Assembly: GCA_964106915.2 (NCBI GenBank)
Contig: OZ066921.1
Length of the DNA stretch: 64,000 bases
DNA from: Podarcis gaigeae
Lineage: Eukaryota
Strand: one strand, 5' to 3'
The translations under genes were made by a program, and so were the position numbers. The first letter of the stretch is position 1, and every line of letters starts with the position of its first letter. Positions 49,922 to 62,861 of this stretch are shown here, in pieces. The notes beneath the pieces were generated by a model, which did not search any database, was not told the DNA's origin, and worked only from the letters and a program-made list of their open reading frames with translations.

Positions 49922-52112
49922 ATGCCACTATCTATGCCTGTATCAAACTCCCACTCTCTATAGCTATGAAGGCCCTTCCTCCATGTCTCCTTACCACTGG
50001 AAGAGGCAATACCTGCATAGGCCCCCAGGTGAAGGGACCATTTTCCTTCTTTAGCCATGATAATTTTATTTATTTTTTAAAAAGGAAAAAGCAGGAGTAA
50101 ACACTACTAAACACATTGAGTTTTCCCCTACAGAAGATATCATTAGCTTTTGAGACTCACACAAGTTGCGTTTGCTGAGTATGCAGAAAACCAACACTGA
50201 AGAAGCAGCTAGGGAGGAAGAAGAGGCGGTGAGCAAACAAAAGCAACCCCTTTGGTTAGGCCTGGCAGAGGAAGAAAAGACACAAAACAGGCTCAAAGGC
50301 TTGAGGAGCAGAGGGGGGAGGGGGTACCTCAAGTTCTGCAGAGGCAAAGGAGACAGAAAACACAGGGGCCATTTAAATATGACATATATGCAAAGGGCTA
50401 GCACTCATTTGTTGGCTCTGCTACAAAAGGACCATGGTCTCCTATGTAAACAGTCCAGAAAATTATGATGCAAACCATGCCATCAGGATCCTGAAAGGGG
50501 AAAACAGGACTCCCTTTCAGGGCAAATAAAGTGTAGGTGGGGGAATCAGTGTAAAGGCAGAGGACCAGAAACATAATCAGCTTCTTCCTTAGTGTCTAAA
50601 TCCTTCTTTTAGTAATTGAGTCAAGTAAGCCGTTAGACACTGCAGAGCAGACAGAAGTCATTTCCAAATAATACGGTATGCCTGGGCACATTTCTTCAGA
50701 TGGGCCAACCAGGGCTTTGCTCCAGGGATAGGGCTGAGGCCACCCACAGTACTCCATGCCTCTCCTCAGGGGGAAAAAAACCCTCACTTGTCAGAAAGGA
50801 GTGACACCTAGACAAGATTTAAGTGGGACTCACTTTTTCTTTCTTTGCAATGTTCCTGCCACAAAAGTTTGCCTGGCATTGTTCTTATGAAAAAAAGTAC
50901 AAACATGTTTGCATGCCTGTAGCATTTTGTTTTTTTCCTGTTTTTTCCCCTTCAAAATGGGGACCTATACATAGAAAACCCAGTAACTGTCACGTTGGCT
51001 TGCATCAAACTGCAGTAACCAAACTAGCCACGCTCATCTAGCTAACTAACACACACACACACACACACCACATATTTCCTTGTGCACCAGTCACTCTGAA
51101 ACTTTAAATCTGGGTGGTTCTATAAATGAAACTACTGCAATGTGTTTTTATGTTTGTAGGAAAAACATTGTGAAGACTCTTTTTCTCGCCCAGGTATCAT
51201 AAATCACAGAAAGGTATTGACTTTACAGCTTCCCGAGACACTAACACAACAGATGAAGGACAGGGAGTGGGTGTTTCCCATATAAAGTCATTTCCAACTC
51301 TGGACCAAGAAGCAAGGCAGCAGAGAAGCTACTTAGGTCTTCTGTGAATAACCTGAGGTTGCTCCCTGGTGGCAGAGGGGCACATCTCTGGGCAAAGTGT
51401 AGCACAGAATCAAACGCTTAAGTTCTCAGGACAAATTCAACAAGTTGTTGGCTGGGACCTCATGCTCACCCCAAGCCTTTGTTGACACAAGTCAGGGAGC
51501 ATGATGAGAGAGAGAGGATAATACACAGAATGGGCTTCAAGTTAGGTAGGAGAATCATCGTAAATGATTGAACTGCTGGGCACCACACAGTGGGACTTGG
51601 GCAACCCACAATGGCTGTGTTTACATAGCCAGCGGATGGCTCCCACTGCTCTTCTCCAATTGTGGGAACTGCTCTTCAAAGACAGGCTCAGAATTCTCCC
51701 AACAACTGCAACACAGAGTTTGCCAGGTCAGCTCCCGGGTAGACTTGCTGGGAAGGGGCTGCTCAGGTATTCCGATGTGTTCCATACCTAGAGTGCTTTC
51801 AGCCCCACCCACTCAACCAGCTACAATTGAAAGCTGTTGTGTGCAGAACAAGGAAATCCTCTCTCCTCCAGCAAAGGTAAACAGTGCTGAAACCCAGGAC
51901 CTTTAACCCAGAACTGAATATCTTGTGAGGGAAGTAAGAAGAGCCCTGCAGCTACTGCTGGATCAGGCTGAAAGGGGGCCCAGCAGACTCTTTCCTACAG
52001 TGGCCAACCATATGTCCCATCAAGAAGTTCCCAAGGGAGGGCAAGGGAGTTGGTAGCCCAGAGGAACTAAGCACCAGGCCCCAAATCTTCTGCTTCCTTC
52101 AGTCATTTAAAA

Positions 52113-52116
<4 letters not shown>

Positions 52117-52184
<68 letters not shown>
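52117..52184. repeat. Compound (TC)n(AC)n microsatellite
   Basis: Read directly. Confidence 0.97.
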
Positions 52185-52187
<3 letters not shown>

Positions 52188-52806
52188 TCAGAGACACCTA
52201 CACATATAAATTAGCATATGCACATTTTCATTCTACATCCTTTAAAGACCTAACAACAACCCTAGGAAGACCAACAATCCATTCTTATTCAACTTCCCGG
52301 CAACTTGTACTCTAAGGAATATCACCTCTGAACACAGATAGGCATTGGTCTGCCTGTACTGTGCTACAGACAATTTTATAGTCAAGTTTGAAGGCAGCAT
52401 GGCACAGAACCACTGCAGAAGGAGAGTTCTTCATTGAACTGAAGCCCCAAGGTAGAAAGAGAGGACGTGAGAGGCAGAACACAAGACCTGCAGCCAGAAC
52501 ACCAGTGGCCTTGGGCTCTCTAGAGGAAAAGGCCCACAGACAGCACCCCCACCCCCACTCTGACCAATTAAGGGCAGAAACCAACCAAACACTCCTAGTG
52601 CAACAGGGCAGCTCTCATTGCAGCACCCTATGTTCAGCTGTTTTACCACTGCTGAAGTCAAAGTGAGGTGAGCTCTGCTCACCGAGGAGTAGGTGCATTC
52701 TACTAACACAACATGCCCATTCTCACTGCACCTTTTCAAGTGCCCCAAAACCTTTTCCATGCTAGAATAAAGGGAGGTAGGGGAGATCACCAGGATAGTG
52801 ACTTAC

Positions 52807-52833
52807 CTTGGAGGCATTAGGATTACGGTCACA
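52807..52833 (-). CDS. CYB5B: CYB5B exon 3 (27 nt), CDRNPNASK
   Basis: Long polypyrimidine tract ending caacag|TGT; donor AAG|gtaagt; phase 0/0. Confidence 0.9.
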
Positions 52834-53371
52834 CTGTTGAGAGAAGAAAAGGAAGAGAAAGAAGAGAAAGGATGTTAAGCTCCTGGGGAAAAAATCTTTC
52901 TGGCATGCAAGAAAGAGCCCAAGCCACGTGAGGTACCTGGCATCCTTCACTTCTCACTCCCAGAAATGAACTGGGAGCAAAGTTCTAATTTAATAAAGCC
53001 AGGACATTAGAGCTGCCTTGCCAACCTGGTACTCTAGTTGTTTTGGATGACAACTCCCACCAGCCCCAGCTTGCATGGTCATACTATCTACTCCAACACA
53101 GTTGTGCTGACTGAGGCTTATGGGAGTTGTAGTCCAAAACTGGAGGGCAGGAGGCGAGCAAAGGCTGAGTTCAAGTCATTTGAGAGAGCATGCTGCTACA
53201 TTAATCAGCTCCCCCACCCAAACCCACAACAAGCTCTTTGACAAAAGAGGCAAAGAATAGTTTGTGCCTCACCTTCTCTCTAGAACTCCACAGCCTGTAC
53301 CCAAGGGTGGATATTCTTATTAAATAAAAGCTACAATCATTCCCAATTTCCCCCCCATACTAGGACCTCAC

Positions 53372-53500
53372 CGGATGAACCTCTCCTATAAGGTATTGGT
53401 CAAGCATCTCTCGGGCATCCAAAGAGTGGCCAACATCTTCAAAGTTCTCAGTGGCATCTTTACCAGCTTGTTCAAGCAGAACCTCCTCTCCACCTGGATG
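53372..53500 (-). CDS. CYB5B: CYB5B exon 2 (129 nt), [43 protein letters not shown] (heme-binding)
   Basis: Cytochrome b5 HPGG and GHS heme-ligand motifs. Acceptor tctttgcag|CAT; donor CCG|gtgagg. Confidence 0.97.
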
Positions 53501-56500
53501 CTGCAAAGAACAACAACATAGGAACTATGAAAAAGAAAAGCAGCAAGAAAAACACACCAGCTTCTCTTCCTCAGCATATACACAACTGACAACCCAAGGC
53601 ATGTCCCACTGAACTCAGTGGGAATAATATCCAAGCAGGCATGCAAAGGATTGCACTCGGTTGAATCTTATACTTATCTACTCAGAAGTAAGTCTTGATG
53701 AATTCAATGGGACTTGCTCTCAGGTAAATGTAGTTGGATTGCAGCCTTAATGTCCCATCTCCACTATGGGAAGCCTCAAGAATTCCATACAGTTTCCTTA
53801 AACATGCTTGAAAAATTAAGGCCCTGGCCATCCAAGAACCTGAAAGCCTAGTAGTGGCAAGCAAGAGGTCCGCGGATTTTACTCCTTCTATCCATGGTCA
53901 GGAAATGCATTAATGTTGGTCCCTTAAACACACATCAGGTACCTGGAGATTTACAGTACTGTATTTGTATTTTAATCATGTGCAGCCTTGAGTATTCTTT
54001 GATATAAATGTAAGATAAAATAATAAAAGAAAACAAATGCAATGTTTTTCAGCACCACTTAAGAGCCATCTGATTTTTAAAAACTGTACCTCTGATATTA
54101 GCAGCCATTTTTCCACCCAAGAACACCCATCTGCTCTGATCCAGAACAACTCTGGCAACCACCAGGTTGGCAAAGGGTGAGTTAAAGAGTGGGATGCAGG
54201 GTTGCCAGGATGAGTGAAGCTAGAATTGCTATGATTACTACGGTGCTTTCTGGTTCCACAGATGCAAGGAATGAGCACATGTTTTACATGCAAAAAGTCC
54301 CAGGTTCAATCCCTGTTGGCATCTTTGGTTAAAACGAAAACCCTTTACCTGATCCCGACATGGATAGTGACAGGCCGGAAGAGAGCATTCTCTAGGACAG
54401 CCCCATAGCTATTGAATTTCCTCCTCACATAGATGTGTCTGTCTTCATTATACAGCTTTTGTCATTGTTGAAAATGTACCTCTTTATACAGGCCTTCATC
54501 ATCTGATTATCTGTCTGTCTGTCTGCATTTGTACTCAAATTGATATTTGGTCTTTTATCGCTTGTGTGTATGTTTGTCTCCCTGGGCACCCTTAGAAGGA
54601 AGATATATAAATTCAATAAATAAATGTTTTAGGGCCCACCCTATACTTCTGATTCAAAGTTGTTTTTAACTATATTTTACATTGCTGCAGCCCATCCTGG
54701 GACCTTATGGTGAAGGGCAGGTAAGAAATCTAAATAATAGCAATAATAGTGGACAGATACTTGCAGCTGGAATAAATAGTGTGAGGCTAGGTGGTCAATT
54801 GCCCGATGTGCTAAAAGGAGAAGCTTCCTACACTATCTGCGTTTTACTTCCAATAGTTTGGACTCCTGCTACCTCCCCCTTGGGTTGTAGATGCCACTGA
54901 CTTTTGGCAGAGCAGGAGCCACATACAGCATCTCAGGTCAGAGAGTACAGTGCAGTCAAAACATGCCCAGGCACACCTTCAATGTGCTGGAAGGATCCCT
55001 GGGGTGGATTTTGCTCCCAGGGTAAAAAAAAGAAAAAGAAGAAGCCTCCAAGGGCGAGGCAGGGGGCAGAGGTGATGAGAGTAATCTCTGATTGACGTCA
55101 TCAGCTTCCCCCTTTGGCAGCTCACATTTCTCCCCAGAATGACACAAGAGGTGTGGACACTGAAGGCCTTAGAAATGGACAACAAGCGAAAAGGGCTTGA
55201 TTTAAGCCACCAGCAATTGACTTCTTTCCTTTGTCTTTATGAACTGCAAAGTTAAGGATGGGCATGGAAAGAAGTTAAGCAAAGCTTATTTGAGAATGGA
55301 TAGTATTCAGCCCTAACTAATCTCTCAGGCATTGAATCTGGTTTCCATACCACCAGAGAGAAGGAGAGAGAAGACAAATACAAAGGTAGCTTTTGAATTA
55401 GGCTAGTGTGTGTCATGCTGCCTTAAGTTCATGGTATCTTCTGGTTTTAAGTTTCTCCTTAAAGAACAGTTTTGGCGTTCCATGTCACTTAGAAAAGCTG
55501 GATCAGTAAGATAGATGATCTGATATACAGTCAGTTTGAGAAGTTGAATTCATCCACAGCCAAAAGGCCATTTACATCCAGAAAATTTTTCTCCATGTGA
55601 TCAAGCAGACAGTAGAGAACAGAATGCCAAACCAAGTTGGAAAGTACCCAGCAAAGATGCCCCCAGCCTAGGCAAGAATAGGAACCCAAAGCTCTTTGCC
55701 GGAGCTAATGCTATTCAGACGTTTGATTTTAAATCTTCCAAAGTCTCGTAGCAACTTGCATTTAGAGCAGGAGACATAGTGAGGGCCCAGAATTTGGCAC
55801 ACAAGAGAAAGGGGCACAAAAGCAAGCATTCCTGTGCATCCTCCCTTGAAATACATTATGGGTACCCATCTGGTGTTCCCAGGCAGCTTCTGAGCTACCC
55901 AGGAATTCAATTCCTAGCTTTCTGGAACTCCAGGTCTCCCTCATTCCAATTGGCTTCTATCACATGAAAGTCTAATGTCTCATTCTTTAATATGTAATCT
56001 TTGCTGCAACATTACTAAACAGAATTGGATTTATGCAATCCCTGCTGCAATTGGCAGGCTTCAAGGACTAAATCAGCATCTGGCCCATTGACTGACAAGC
56101 TGCTGGAGCCCCAGGAGCAGAACACAATTATCTCTTTGCAAAGAGGCCTCCTCTGCTTTACGCAACAAGCCTGTGGTAGCACTTCAGGCTGAACCACAAT
56201 CTCACTCATGTATCATGCAGCAAGAAAGCACAAAGAGTTTCAGGTTGAAGAACATTGCAGTACAGTTGCTAAAATAGGCAGAAAGATCAATAAGTGGTCC
56301 TCCAAAACTACAGCAATTTTTCAAGCAGTCCATGGGGGAAGATGTTTAGGAACTACTGAACTAACTAGGAGTCTGAAAGGTACTATCTACAGCTTCATCA
56401 AAAGACCCACAGAAAGCACTTCTCTTTCCTTGTGAGCTCATCCATCCTTTCAAAACAGTAGAAGAGGCCTTGGTTAAACTCACACACAGGCACACAAGTG

Positions 56501-56928
56501 TAAACACACAGCGGGGTCTTCTCAGTGGTGGCCTCAATCCATTAGACTGCATTATCAAAGAGGCCAAAGCATGTAAGTAGCTAGTAATTGGCCTAAAGGC
56601 ATTTTATATTAGGACAAACCTATGAGGCTCTTTTGCAAATTTACAATGTTTTCATGAAATTTCCTTTTATCTCTGTGATTAACTATCGATTTTTTAAAAA
56701 TGAAGCACTAATTACTTTAATATAGTTTTATGTTGCTTTTATGTAGTGATTGTTAACTGCTCTGGATAGGCAATAAAAAGAGGTCTAGAAACTTAAGTGA
56801 AATAAACAGTAATTTAGACCACCCACAGTCCTCAGTCTCCAGACTACTCTTTTTGCAGATGGTATTGCAATCTAGATCTGATTCAGATTATGGTGTGGAT
56901 GTGCATTTACCAGAAGCTTAAGACTTTT

Positions 56929-56961
56929 TCTTGTCTTGTCTTGTCTTGTCTTGTCTTGTCT
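56929..56961. repeat. (TCTTG)n pentanucleotide repeat
   Basis: Read directly. Confidence 0.93.
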
Positions 56962-57811
56962 AGTCTTAAGACACTGTGGACTGCTGGGAAGGGGAAAGAG
57001 GAAAGTGATCATGTGTGTCTGTGTGCACACACAATTCCACCCCCAACCCTCTTAATCAGTACTTCTGGGAAGTAAACAGCAACTTCAAAGTCACTGAGTA
57101 GCCAGAATTGGGAATTAGCTCATAAGCAGTTGAGGAATTAATCAGACTTAAGACAATATTATATGTTAGGTACCAAACACTGAAATATGGATATTTCCAA
57201 TACAGTGGCCACTTCCTGCAAAACTTACCTTGCTTTTTAAAATACTGGCATCTATTAGGTATTTTGGAAAATGGTTTGTCTGATTGCTATGCATTTGGAC
57301 ACCTCTTAAAGACACTGTAACCAAATTTTGCAAAATGGTTCCTGAGATCAAGGATGCGTCTTTTATCTTTGTTTGGGTACAATGGGAAGCCATTAGAAAT
57401 CAAGATGGCACACTGAACTGGACCTTTCAAAACTGCACTGATGTTTTGATTTCTTAGAATTCCTGAGCAATTCCAGATACAAGGCTGCTAGCAGTTAATA
57501 ATTATTTCTATAACATTTTAGGGCTCCAAATAGTTGAAAATCCTTTTCATATAAATGTTCACATCAACCCTGTGAGATCCTAAATCTTAATAGAGGCTGC
57601 AACATAAGATATGTTCACAAAGAGGGTTAGCTGAATTTTGCAAACCGTTAACAAGCATTTGCTCCTATCCTGTTCTCATTTAGAGAAGTCAATAAGCAGT
57701 TGTGTGTGCCTACAAAGCCGCCAAGTGATTAACCCCCTGGGTCCACTAGCCTAGTACTGTCTGCTTCAAGGGGAGAGGAAACTTGCAGCCTTCTAGATAT
57801 TTTTGGACAGC

Positions 57812-57995
57812 CAGTGTGAAATAGTTGTCGGTGTATTGAACTAGGTCATGGGAAACCAGGGTTCAAATTTTCACTTGGCTATGAAGCTCCCTGGGTGACA
57901 TTGGGCCATTCACTCAGCCTAGCCTACCTCACAGGGGTGTTGTGGGGATTAAATGAGGAGAACCATGTAAGCCACCTTGAATGCAATAAAGAAGT
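57812..57995 (+). mobile_element. Old tRNA-derived MIR/CORE-like squamate SINE
   Basis: B box gggttcaaat, core gggtgacattgggcc...cctacctcacagggg.gttgtggggattaaatg. Confidence 0.65.
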
Positions 57996-58197
57996 AAATC
58001 AATGAGTTCCTATTATCCCAGGCCACTGGGATAATTAGGTCATTAGGGTTGATGGGAGTTGGGAGCCTGAAAACACTTATAGGACCTCAGATAATTTCCT
58101 GCCCTTCCCTTTCTCTAAAGTGACATGCAGTGGGTCTCCAAGGCTTTTCCTAGCCCTTTCCCCCTCACACTGGCCATCCAACATCTCAGGCAAGAAT

Positions 58198-58550
58198 GTA
58201 AAGGTAAAGGGACTCCTGACCATTAGGTCCAGTCGTGGCCGACTCTGGGGTTGCGGCGCTCATTTCGCTTTATTGGCTGAGGGAGCCGACATACAGCTTC
58301 CGGGTCATGTGGCCAGCATGACTAAGCCACTTCTGGCGAACCAGAGCAGCGCACAGCAGCGCCGTTTACCTTCCCGCCAGAGTGGTATCTATTTATCTAC
58401 TTGCACTTTTACGTGCTTTCAAACTGCTAGGTGGGCAGGAGCAGGGACTGAGCAACGGGAGCTCACCCCATCACAGGGATTCGAACCGCCGACCTTCTGC
58501 TCGGCAAGTCCTAGGCTCTGTGGTTTAACCCACAGCGCCACCCGCATCCC
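58198..58550 (-). mobile_element. Full-length Sauria SINE in CYB5B intron 1
   Basis: Same structure as 7329-7688; degenerate TSD aagaatgta / aagagtgta. Explains the 183-aa ORF at 58120. Confidence 0.9.
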
Positions 58551-58939
58551 TTTAAAGAGTGTACTACCCTTTAAACTGGAGATGCTGGGGACTGAATCTG
58601 CATGCCTCCTACATGCAAAGCATTTGTTTTATCCCCATTCCCATGTGGGTCCTCCAATTGACTCTGGCTGACTAGATTTACTCTCTGTGTATTGCTACTT
58701 TTTATGCATACATTTTTAACATTTTCAAAGGATAACTGAGGAAACTCAGCCCACTAAAGTTGTGGGGACGGGGTGAACCTGCCCACAGCCTTAGAAGGAA
58801 GGCAGGGGATGCTATGGCAAAGCAACGTCCTGTGTCTGTCAGGAGCTGGAAGAAGTTAGCCTGGACATTATGACGTTGTGTTCTGCCTTTCCCAATCTAC
58901 AGGCCGCTTGCTGTTGAAAGTCCAGGAGGCTGGAAGAGG

Positions 58940-59660
58940 CTCCCTCGAGGGCCTAACCATCCCAACCACCACCACCCCGCCATGTTTAGCCTGCAGGCTA
59001 GCCTTTTCCAGCCCCCTCACCCCGTCCGGCAGAGGCCAGCTGGGGTCTCCCCTTTCGGCCCCTCCAGGCCTGGTTGGGGCCTTCATGATCTCAGCAAGGC
59101 TCCGCATCTCTCTCCTTGCTCCCAGGAAGTCCCTTGGCGGGAATGGGTCCACCCACAAGCCCCCGCTCCCGTATCGCGGAAAACAGCTCCCTCCTGAGGG
59201 TGGGGGCGTCATTTGCATAAATTAGCATAGCCACCTCGCTGAGAAAGCGGGTCACGTCATAGACGCGCCCGCTGATGACCAGCCAGGTCTCCTTGTCGGT
59301 GTTTCGCTTCGCCACTTCGTCCAAGGTGAAGACGGGCCTCCTTTCGCGCGCCTCCGGCGCGTCCCCGCCGCTACCGTGCTCCTTCATCGACCCCATTCAG
59401 ACTCGCTCGCCTCGACCGAAGTGGATTCTTGGGCTTCCGAGGCCGCCGTACCTTAGGCCACTCCCACTCATCAGCCGGGTGGCGAGGCGGGGGGTGGGAT
59501 GAGGTGGAGGAGGGCATAGTGCTCAGAGGCCAATCGGAACGACGCGCCGTTGACTTTGTCAGCCAATGAAATAGTCTACTTTCATGAGGCGGCCGACGGG
59601 GGTGGGAAACAAAGCATGTTTTTCTCTTAGTAAATGCGTACGACTAGGATGTGCTTCATA
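58940..59660. promoter_or_regulatory. CYB5B CpG-island promoter with paired CCAAT boxes
   Basis: CpG-rich around exon 1. CCAAT at 59530-59534 and 59563-59567 (33 bp apart, NF-Y-type spacing); GC box GAGGCGGGG at ~59484. Confidence 0.8.
59235..59396 (-). CDS. CYB5B: CYB5B exon 1 (162 nt), MGSMKEHG...FTLDEVAKRNTDKETWLVISGRVYDVTRFLSE; cytochrome b5 type B, full CDS 441 nt / 146 aa
   Basis: b5 N-terminal motif WLVIxGRVYDVTRFL; donor GAG|gtggct. The five exons sum to 441 nt in one open frame, and the gene is adjacent to NFAT5. Confidence 0.96.
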
Positions 59661-60091
59661 CGGGACTTTTGAGAGGAATGGCATCAGCGTAGACAGGCAG
59701 ATAGCATATTAATTGGTTCCTAACCTGTATGGAAATGATGGATTGATTTTTTGGGGGTGTATGTATGTATATCTTCCCACTCTTCAATATAAATTATATA
59801 CACATACACAAGTCTGAGAAGCTGATACACTAATATATACTCAAAATAATTTAAAAAATCATAAAAGCATATCCATTTTAACACATATTGAAAATAATAA
59901 AACTTAAAACATATAAAGGTAACTATATATGTCTAGAAAGGCTTACCAAAACAAAAGGTCTTTCAGCAGGTGTCATATAGGTAGGAGGATGCGTACCTTA
60001 TGACAATGGGTATGTGTAAGGACTCTGCTGGCAGGGAGGTTTTCTGGATCCAAGAAGGGGACCATCAATATTACCTAGGAATATCTTTAAA

Positions 60092-60401
60092 TAAACCACA
60101 GAGCCTAGGGCTTGCCGATCAGAAGGTTGGCAGTTTGAATCCCCACTACGGGGTGAGCTCCCATTGCTCGGTCACTGCTCCTGCCAGCCTAGCAGTTCAA
60201 AAGCACGTCAAAGTGCAAGTAGATAAATAGGAACAGTGTTTCCGTGCGCTGCTCTGGTTCGCCAGAAGCGGCTTAGTCATGCTGGCCACATGACCCGGAA
60301 GCTGTACACTGGCTCCCTCAGTCAATAAAGCGAGATGAGCGCCACAACCCCAGAATCATCCATGACTGGACCTAACGGTCAGGAGTCCCTTTACCTTTAC
60401 C
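60092..60401 (+). mobile_element. Slightly 5'-truncated Sauria SINE
   Basis: Reverse complement of the 58198 copy; ends ccctttacctttacc; flanked by an 83-bp direct repeat. Confidence 0.9.
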
Positions 60402-60484
60402 TATGTGTAAGGACTCTGCTGGCAGGGAGGTTTTCTGGATCCAGGAAGGGGACTGTCAATATTACCTAAGAATATTTTAAAATA

Positions 60485-60701
60485 CAGTGGTACCTCAGGT
60501 TACATACGCTTCAGGTTACTAACCCAGAAATAGTGCTTCTGGTTAAGAACTTTGCTTCAGGATGAGAACAGAAATTGTGCTCCAGCAGCACGGCGGCAGC
60601 AGGAGGCCCCATTAGCTAAAGTGGTGCTTCAGGTTAAGAACAGTTTTAGGTTAAGAACGGACCTCCAGAACGAATTAAGTACTTAACCCGAGGTACCACT
60701 G
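60485..60701. mobile_element. Tc1/mariner MITE
   Basis: TA|cagtggtacctc ... gaggtaccactg|TA. Confidence 0.9.
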
Positions 60702-62692
60702 TAAGTGAATGAGAAAATGAGTTATATCTTTCCACCTCTGCCTTACCTGGGATTTGAAGGGAGCACCAGGACTCCACATAGGAATTTTCAGGAAAAACCC
60801 TCAGGCTGAAATAATTCTAAAGAGCTTGAAGAGTGCAACACTTGCTATTGCCAATTTCATCAACCGGGTGCCGTCCAGTTGTTTTGGGCTACAGCTCCCA
60901 TAACAGCCAAAGATGTCATCCAAAACACCTAGAAGGTACCAGGATACCAAAGGCTATGCAACTGAATGTAAGTGGTCTATGTAGATGCCACCTCCACTAC
61001 ATTGGGACACACAACAGAGCTTCAAACATAACTTAGAAAACACTAATCAACAATCATTTCACAAACACATTAGAACAAACCTGTTTCAAAATAATTTCTT
61101 GTTGTTTTTAGGACACCCCTCACAGAGCCACAATTCCCACAACACTTAACAAACTGGTTTCCAGGATTCTTTGGCGGGAGCCATAACAGTTAAAGTGCTG
61201 TGAGAGTGCTTTCAACATATGGTGTGGAAATGACTGTCAGTCCTAAATACATTTATTTATTTTATTTATGTAACAAAATTCATATACCGATTGATTGAAA
61301 GAAAATCTCTAAGCAGTTTACAAAATTACTTATATTTAGAATACATCTTGCTAATTTATTTGGATTTTCTTTAAGCTTAGTTACAAACCTAGGCATGCTT
61401 TCTTAGGATCAGTACTGATTGAAATAAATGTGACTCACTTGCCAAATATTTTTACACTGTTAATTATTCTTCTGTACATTTATCCTCATACAACACCACA
61501 ACCATACCCTCTGTTTCCAGTCTTCAGGCTGTGATGCTGGTTTCTTATGCAGTCAAAACAGTAGCACCAGCACAACAGGAACTGATCAACTGGGAGAAAC
61601 AAAAAGCTGGGAACATGGTGTGGACCCCAGAAACAGCCCTATCAGAACTGAGATGGATTGCAAGTTGGTGGGGGTTGGAACAGGAAGACGGAGGTTGAGG
61701 AAGGTGAATTAAAAAGAGAAACCAGAACCCTGGACTGAAACAGTTGCTGCATGTCCCAGTTTAATCTATTTTGGATTTTTTAAAAAAATAAAAATTGAAG
61801 GTGTGGGGCAGATATAAATGCTTGAACCTGTATCCTGAGCAGCCTGACACACTTTTAAAGCAGATACAAGCCAAGGAGTTGTGCATGTCACTGTTTCCCC
61901 ATGTATACATGGGTCACTGAGCAGTGAAATGTTTGAACTAAGGACACACATTCATTTGAACCTCACCAACAAAGTGCAGCTACATTTCAAAAGCTTTCTG
62001 GGCTTTGGCAATTGGTTCAGCTGAATTGAGCAATGATTCACATCACTGCACAAATGGACCTTGGCATATGAGGGCAAGAACGTGATTGATCCAAGTACAT
62101 GCATCAGCTTTCAGAGTAACATTACACGACTTTGCCAATATGCTGAGTATTTGAGACGTGATCTCTAGTTCTTCACCTGCTCTTATTGACAAGGGAGATG
62201 GGTGGGAAAGGGGCCCCACCACATTCAGATACAAAAGTTGTATGAATTATGGGGTGTGTTTCTCTTTTTGCCTGATTATCCCCCTATGACAGCCTTGCCT
62301 TCCTGTCTTCTGTTTATTCAGTCACGGGAAATATTTTCAGGTTGAGGGGAGTGTGGAAAGCCATCATTTTCACAGGAAATGTGCATTTCTCTTTATTTTC
62401 CAGTTAAGCAAGTTAAACCACATGAGCTGGAGGGCAGCCCAACAGCCTCTTCATTTATTTACCATCAAGTTGCAGAGGGTTGGAATGGGCTGAGATAACA
62501 ACAGGCCAGAGACGCACAGTCACGATGCTTCCATATCTGCACGGTGGCTCCAGCTTATCTGCAGTCATAAAAACAAAAATGTAGGTAGGGTAGTTCTATT
62601 CCCTTCATTACAGCAGTTCGCTTATTTGTTGAAAGATGACCTGAGTGTTGTTATCTGGGGCTTCTGGAAAGCCCTCCAAGGGGTGGGGGGAG

Positions 62693-62861
62693 CAGTGGCG
62701 TAGCGTGGGTTGTCAGCACCCGGGGCAAGGCAAGTAATTTGCGCCCCCTAACCCGTGGATTTGCGCCTCCTAACCTGTGGATTTGCGCCCCCTAACCCTA
62801 ACCCCCAGATGTTGCGCCCGGTGCGGCCGGCCCCCCCTGCACCCCCCACGCTACGCCACTG
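62693..62861. mobile_element. Young hAT (Tip100-like) MITE with internal 22-bp repeats
   Basis: Perfect 17-bp TIR CAGTGGCGTAGCGTGGG; 8-bp TSD GGGGGGAG / GGGGCGAG; CpGs intact. Confidence 0.88.
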
